Positions 63,701 to 64,000 of a stretch of 64,000 nucleotides of DNA are shown here, one piece after another. The stretch lies in the NCBI GenBank assembly GCA_973895155.1, contig OZ316896.1:12752549-12816548 (forward strand), given 5' to 3'. The notes beneath the pieces are model-generated. The model did not search any database. It was not told the origin of the DNA and saw only the letters and a program-made list of their open reading frames with translations. Source of the DNA: Marsupella aquatica (taxonomy: Eukaryota > Plantae > Marchantiophyta). Both the position numbers and the translations under genes were made by a program. Each line of letters begins with the position of its first letter. Within the stretch, counting starts at the first letter, position 1.

Positions 63701-64000
63701 AATTTTCTACAATAACAATTTTTTTCTGGTTATATTTACATTCTTGTTGTTCTCTTTGATGTAATTGTTTACTCCATTAGCGCCTTTCCCACAACTATTA
63801 AGCGAAGCAACTCTAGCTAGTCTGGAAAGCTCCAATGGTCAATTTCTTGCCAGCTTTATTATTGGATGATTTTCCATCATCTGAACATAACCTCAGCACC
63901 CAGGCCTAGACTCTACTGAGGGGACTGAGGAGTGGGGCAACTACTGTAGGTGATTGTGAATTTTCATGGGAGAAAAATAAGAAACCCAAGCCAATTTCCA

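Overview
Eukaryotic, intron-containing, transposon-rich plant genomic DNA. A bryophyte/liverwort origin is my impression only. Two intact host genes can be built: a 4-exon GRF-interacting factor (GIF/SSXT family, + strand, 23003-25678) and a 3-exon nuclear-encoded mitochondrial-type ribosomal protein bL32 (- strand, 37509-36460). The main structure is a 12.2-kb PIF/Harbinger-superfamily DNA transposon (6944-19108) with perfect 17-bp TIRs and an atypical ATT target-site duplication. It encodes a spliced DDE transposase, a convergent Myb/SANT-like partner gene and an unexpected third gene resembling the RPA70 C-terminal zinc-ribbon OB-fold. That third gene appears to be interrupted by a truncated Gypsy (Tat-like) retroelement whose apparent 3.4-kb LTR contains a long coiled-coil ORF. 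Also present: a young 2-kb Copia deletion derivative (PBS fused directly to mid-RT), two copies of a tRNA-like SINE, several MITE/foldback elements, a LINE RT relic in a GIF intron, and several tandem duplications. I recognised no protein-coding gene in 38-64 kb. All calls are by eye; no database searches were run.
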